From contig JBAZFD010000001.1 of NCBI GenBank assembly GCA_041653575.1, forward strand, positions 1 to 26,612: a stretch of 26,612 bases of DNA, in the 5' to 3' direction. The notes beneath the pieces are model-generated. The model was not told the origin of the DNA, ran no database searches, and saw only the letters and a program-made list of their open reading frames with translations. A program made the position numbers and the translations under genes. This document shows, in pieces, positions 22,954-26,612 of this stretch (the first letter of the stretch is position 1; the number at the start of each line of letters is the position of its first letter). Origin of the DNA: Thermodesulfovibrionales bacterium (GTDB taxonomy: Bacteria; Nitrospirota; Thermodesulfovibrionia; Thermodesulfovibrionales; Dissulfurispiraceae).

Positions 22954-25840
22954 TCCCTTTTTCCTCCTTCAGTATGGGGAGCACAAAGACAAATCTGCTG
23001 CCCTTCCCCAATTCACTTTCAACCCAGATCCTTCCTCTGTGGAGCTCAACCATTCTTTTACTCAGCGAAAGTCCAAGCCCTGTGCCTGCATATTTTCTCG
23101 TAAGAGAGCTTTCCAGCTGCTGAAAGGGCTGGAACAGTTTTTTGAGGTCATCCTTCGACATCCCGATCCCGGTATCGGCAACGGCAACCTCAATCCCAGC
23201 CTCTCCGTCAGAGTTCACCTTCCGGGCCGTTACGGTGATCTTTCCGCCGTCAGGGGTGAACTTGACGGCATTACCCACGAGGGTGAAGAGAATCTGCCTG
23301 AGCCTCCTCTCATCAACAACCACCCTCTCCACCTCATCATCCACCACTGCCGTCAGCAGGAAGCCGTGTTTTAACGCCTTTTCCCTGAAAAGAGCGATAC
23401 TGCCGGTTACAACCTCCCTGAGAGAGACCTCCCGCAGATCCAGCTCAACCTTCCCTGACTCTATCTTGGCCAGGTCGAGGAGATCATTAATAAGGCTCAG
23501 GAGGTGTTTTCCGCTATCATAGATATCGGAGAGATACTCCAACTGCTCGGGGCTGACAGGGCCTGCCATGTCGGAGCGCATCAGGTCTGAAAAGCCTATG
23601 ATTGAATTGAGGGGAGTCCTCAGCTCATGGGACATATTGGCCAGGAATTCACTCTTGGCGCGGCTGGAGGCCTCAGCCACCAGGGAGGCATCGCGCAGTT
23701 TCTCCTCCATTGCCTTCCGCTCAGTGATATCCCGCATAATAGTGGCAATGAAATCCACCTCGCCCTCTGCTGTCTTGTAAATAACAATGACCTGCGAGAC
23801 AGGGACCTCCCTGCCCTGCCGGTCCCTGATCGCTGTTTCATGATGCCATGTGCCCTGGCTGAGGGCAGTGGGTATTCCCACGCTCCAGATGGCCGGGAAT
23901 GCCCATTCAGGGTAGAAGCCGGAGATCTCAAGGCTGTTGATCGCCTCATCATCAGGGATACCCATCATCGCTCTGCCGGCCTTGTTGAGATAGATCACGC
24001 GGCCATCCCTGTTGCTGATGGCCACGAAGTCGGAGGTTGCGTCAAGGAAGGCGCTCAGCTTCAGCCTCATCTCCTCAGCCTGCTTCCTGCGGGTGATATC
24101 CATGAGGGTAACAATGGCTGCGCCGGAGCTTGATCTCCTCTCAGGAGCGAGCCGCCTCTCAGGCAGGAGCATGGTGAGAAGGACGTAGACAGGCTCTCCC
24201 TGCAAGGTCTTCAGGGTCATTTCCGTCTTGTAAAGCGGCTTCCCCTCTTCCAGAGCCACCAGCTCATCAATGAAAAGCCGCTTTGACTCCTCAGTGGAGA
24301 AAATTGCAGCAAGAGAGGAGCGGACCTCAGCCTTGTCCCTGGCGCCGAACATGGCTACCGCTTCATTATTGATATCGAGAATCCGCACCCTGGCCGACAG
24401 CTTCCCGGCTGACTCAGGGTTCTCATCAAAGAAACGGGCAAAGTCCTTCACCCCTCCATGGCGCAGCTCCTTCATTTCCGAAAGCACTTCAGACCAATCC
24501 TCCTCCCAGATGGAGACCGGCGCAGACTCGAAGATATTCCGGTAGCGCCGCTCACTGTCTCTCAGCGCATCCTCCAGGTGTTTTCTCTCTGTTATGTCGC
24601 TGCAGGCCCCGACCATCCTGTAGGGTCTGCCTTCTCCGTCAAAAAGGGCTGTGCCTCGGTCCAGCCAGAAACAGAGACTCCCGTCCTTCCTCACTACCCG
24701 GTATTCTTCACGGTAAGGCCTGTGCATCCTGAGATGCTCCTCAAGACTCGCAATGATCCTCTTATAGTCCTCGGGATGAACTATCAGGTCCCAGGCCTTG
24801 AGGGTCCGGGGAAACTCCTCAGGCGCATACCCGAGATAGGCATCAACGGCGCCGTACCAATCCAGGGATCCCTGCGCAATGTCCCATTCCCATATAAAAT
24901 CGGTTGTGCTCTCGGCTGCTACCCTGAAACGCTCCTCGGAGCGGTGAAGATTACCGAGCGCTGTCTTCCGCTCACTGTCGATGCGGTCCAGGATCCGGAC
25001 AGTGATAAAGGTGATGAGGAGAAAGGCGCTGGCAATGACGATGCTGTGCAGCACCGGTTCAAAGACACTGCTGTAAAGCCCCCAGTACCCACCCAGTTCT
25101 ATCAGGAGGTCAAGCAGGGGTGGGATGAAAATGACGACAAAGATAAAGCGCCGAGCCAGGAGTCCTCCGAGGGTATCGCTGGTAAAGACCTTCATCACCC
25201 CCTGCGTGGGACGGGCAAAGAGTATCCCCATGGAGACAAGGATGAAGGCCATGACCGTATTCACCGCTATACCGGTATAGGTGACAACACGATAGGGTTG
25301 CGGTACGCCGTAGATATACCCGCTCAGGAGCGTGAGTGAATAAAGCCCCACAAGAATAATCAGAAATTGCGAGGGCCTTTTCCCGGTCCCGGTCTGCCGG
25401 TCCAGGAGGATAAGGGCAATGCCTGAAAGGAACAGATTCAGCGCTGATTTGGGCGACATCCGTCCGGGATGGGAAGTGCCCACCGTACCAAGCGCCTCTT
25501 TGAAGAGGAGCTGATCAATGCCGAAATCCGTTTTCAGTATGTATTCAATGAGGGTGAGGAGGCCGATGAACGAGACCATAAAGGAAAAGACCCAGGCAAT
25601 GCGGCGGGTTCCCGGTGTAAGCCGCCTCTCCTGAAGAAGCCATATCGAAATACCGAGGAGGACGAAGCAGACTGCGGTATTCGCCTTCATTGACACCAGG
25701 TGGGGATAGACACTCTTCAATGCCGCGATATCAAAAACCCATCCTGTAAGAGCAAGAAGGCCGCCGGCTGTCACGGCAATCCCCATTCCTTCGGAAAGGG
25801 CGGTAAACCGGGCTGCCAGCTGATTTATAACACTGCTCAT
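22946..25840 (-). CDS. Membrane-bound multi-PAS sensor histidine kinase
   Basis: Polytopic N-terminal domain, three PAS/PAC-like segments (VHPED..., DITERK), H-box FLANMSHELRTPLNSIIGFS, N-box QILFTLVGNAVKFT, G-boxes DTGIG and GTGLGL. Start placed at ATG 25840 (SD GGAGG); the ORF track starts at 25858. Confidence 0.95.
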   Translation of the reverse strand: MSSVINQLAARFTALSEGMGIAVTAGGLLALTGWVFDIAALKSVYPHLVSMKANTAVCFVLLGISIWLLQERRLTPGTRRIAWVFSFMVSFIGLLTLIEYILKTDFGIDQLLFKEALGTVGTSHPGRMSPKSALNLFLSGIALILLDRQTGTGKRPSQFLIILVGLYSLTLLSGYIYGVPQPYRVVTYTGIAVNTVMAFILVSMGILFARPTQGVMKVFTSDTLGGLLARRFIFVVIFIPPLLDLLIELGGYWGLYSSVFEPVLHSIVIASAFLLITFITVRILDRIDSERKTALGNLHRSEERFRVAAESTTDFIWEWDIAQGSLDWYGAVDAYLGYAPEEFPRTLKAWDLIVHPEDYKRIIASLEEHLRMHRPYREEYRVVRKDGSLCFWLDRGTALFDGEGRPYRMVGACSDITERKHLEDALRDSERRYRNIFESAPVSIWEEDWSEVLSEMKELRHGGVKDFARFFDENPESAGKLSARVRILDINNEAVAMFGARDKAEVRSSLAAIFSTEESKRLFIDELVALEEGKPLYKTEMTLKTLQGEPVYVLLTMLLPERRLAPERRSSSGAAIVTLMDITRRKQAEEMRLKLSAFLDATSDFVAISNRDGRVIYLNKAGRAMMGIPDDEAINSLEISGFYPEWAFPAIWSVGIPTALSQGTWHHETAIRDRQGREVPVSQVIVIYKTAEGEVDFIATIMRDITERKAMEEKLRDASLVAEASSRAKSEFLANMSHELRTPLNSIIGFSDLMRSDMAGPVSPEQLEYLSDIYDSGKHLLSLINDLLDLAKIESGKVELDLREVSLREVVTGSIALFREKALKHGFLLTAVVDDEVERVVVDERRLRQILFTLVGNAVKFTPDGGKITVTARKVNSDGEAGIEVAVADTGIGMSKDDLKKLFQPFQQLESSLTRKYAGTGLGLSLSKRMVELHRGRIWVESELGKGSRFVFVLPILKEEKGNG

Positions 25841-25896
25841 CCTGCCTCCTTCGATCACCCGCAGAAAGCCTCCCGCGCGGCCAGAGGCATAAGCAA

Positions 25897-25925
25897 AACC
25901 TAACAGATTTGCAGAACCCTGTCAA
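25897..25925 (-). promoter_or_regulatory. sigma70-type promoter for the kinase/regulator pair
   Basis: TTGACA (25925-25920) - 17 nt ending in TGT - TAGGTT (25902-25897). Confidence 0.65.
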
Positions 25926-25930
25926 GCAGC

Positions 25931-26087
25931 CTTATCCGCCCAGAATCCACCATCAACTTTGCGCGGGGATGCCTTCGAACGGTTTCAGCGGGCCGTCACG
26001 GCCCGGTGCCTCGGAGCGAAGCGAGAATGAGTGAGAATGCGTACCCGCGCAAACACAGAGTTTTTTTGATGGTGGATTCTTATCCGC
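25931..26087. mobile_element. MITE/REP-like non-autonomous inverted-repeat element (~140 bp)
   Basis: Perfect 15-bp terminal inverted repeats at 25942-25956 and 26066-26080; inner 10-bp inverted repeat at 25958-25967 / 26044-26053; hairpin at 25989-26005; 9-bp direct repeat CTTATCCGC at 25931-25939 and 26079-26087. No ORF. Confidence 0.55.
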
Positions 26088-26138
26088 AGAAACCCTCTCT
26101 CTTTATTGATCTGTCAGGAGTGTCCAGCCGGAGGCGCT

Positions 26139-26167
26139 TTGCATTCCCTCACTATTCGGGTTACAAT
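26139..26167 (+). promoter_or_regulatory. sigma70 promoter for the PHP gene (probably leaderless)
   Basis: TTGCAT (26139-26144) - 17 nt - TACAAT (26162-26167); ATG follows 7 nt later with no SD. Confidence 0.7.
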
Positions 26168-26174
26168 TAATGGT

Positions 26175-26612
26175 ATGTCATTCAGGATTGACCTCCACAT
26201 CCATACCCGGTTCAGCGGGGACAATGAAGCAGACCCGGAAGCAATTGTCGAAAAGGCCATTAACAAGGGACTCCATGGGATAGCCTTCACAGAGCATTAT
26301 TCCTACGCCGCCTCTGAACACGCGGAAAAGCTCAGGGAGAAATACAACAGAAGGATCATGATCTTCAGGGGCGTTGAGTTTTCCGCGGCTGAGGGCCACT
26401 GCCTTGTCTTCGGCGTGGACACGGACCCCCTCCTCCTCAAATATGCCCCGGTGGAAGACCTCAGCCGTATCGTGAACGAGCTGGGCGGCGTCCTCATCCC
26501 CTCCCATCCCTACAGGGGCTCAAACAGCCTGAAAGAACTCGTCCGGGAGCTCAACGGCATCTGCGCACTGGAAGGCTTCAACGGCTGCACCATGCACAGC
26601 CTCAACGAACGG
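26175..26612 (+). CDS. PHP-domain metal-dependent phosphoesterase, 3'-truncated by the window edge
   Basis: Hand translation: MSFRIDLHIHTRFSGD...IAFTEH...RGVE...GHCL...SHPYR...LEGFNG; open to the end of the window; absent from the ORF track. Confidence 0.9.
   Translation, partial: MSFRIDLHIHTRFSGDNEADPEAIVEKAINKGLHGIAFTEHYSYAASEHAEKLREKYNRRIMIFRGVEFSAAEGHCLVFGVDTDPLLLKYAPVEDLSRIVNELGGVLIPSHPYRGSNSLKELVRELNGICALEGFNGCTMHSLNER

Noticed and set aside
24137-24163. CCTCTCAGG duplicated at an 18-bp period (PERRLAPERR) in the kinase
   Set aside because: A small in-frame loop duplication with no evidence of wider significance.
24458-25339. 293-aa plus-strand ORF
   Set aside because: Antisense to the histidine kinase; no independent coding signal.

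Overview
GC-rich bacterial chromosomal window; protein style suggests Nitrospirota or Deltaproteobacteria (inference only). 1-9880, minus strand: 5' half of the dcw cell-wall/division cluster, mraZ - unannotated 51-aa ORF - rsmH - ftsL - ftsI - murE - murF - mraY - inserted D,D-carboxypeptidase with a Lys/Ala-rich tail - murD (runs off the left edge, missing from the ORF track). murD carries four in-frame heptamer tandem-repeat tracts, one a ~110-bp hairpin. 10036-15466: bioF, gpsA (probable CUG start), a CxxxC hypothetical, HD hydrolase, glutaredoxin-like protein, an AT-rich islet with two tiny membrane proteins, and icd. 15503-22440: 1358-aa exported multicopper oxidase with FN3 domains, a SCO copper chaperone and a cytochrome c/periplasmic-binding-protein fusion, behind a putative sigma54 promoter with an IHF site and upstream palindromes. 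22579-26612: receiver-only response regulator, multi-PAS histidine kinase, a ~140-bp MITE-like inverted-repeat element and a partial PHP-domain gene. No rRNA, tRNA, CRISPR array, integrase or transposase was seen. All family calls come from motif recognition by eye; no database searches were run.
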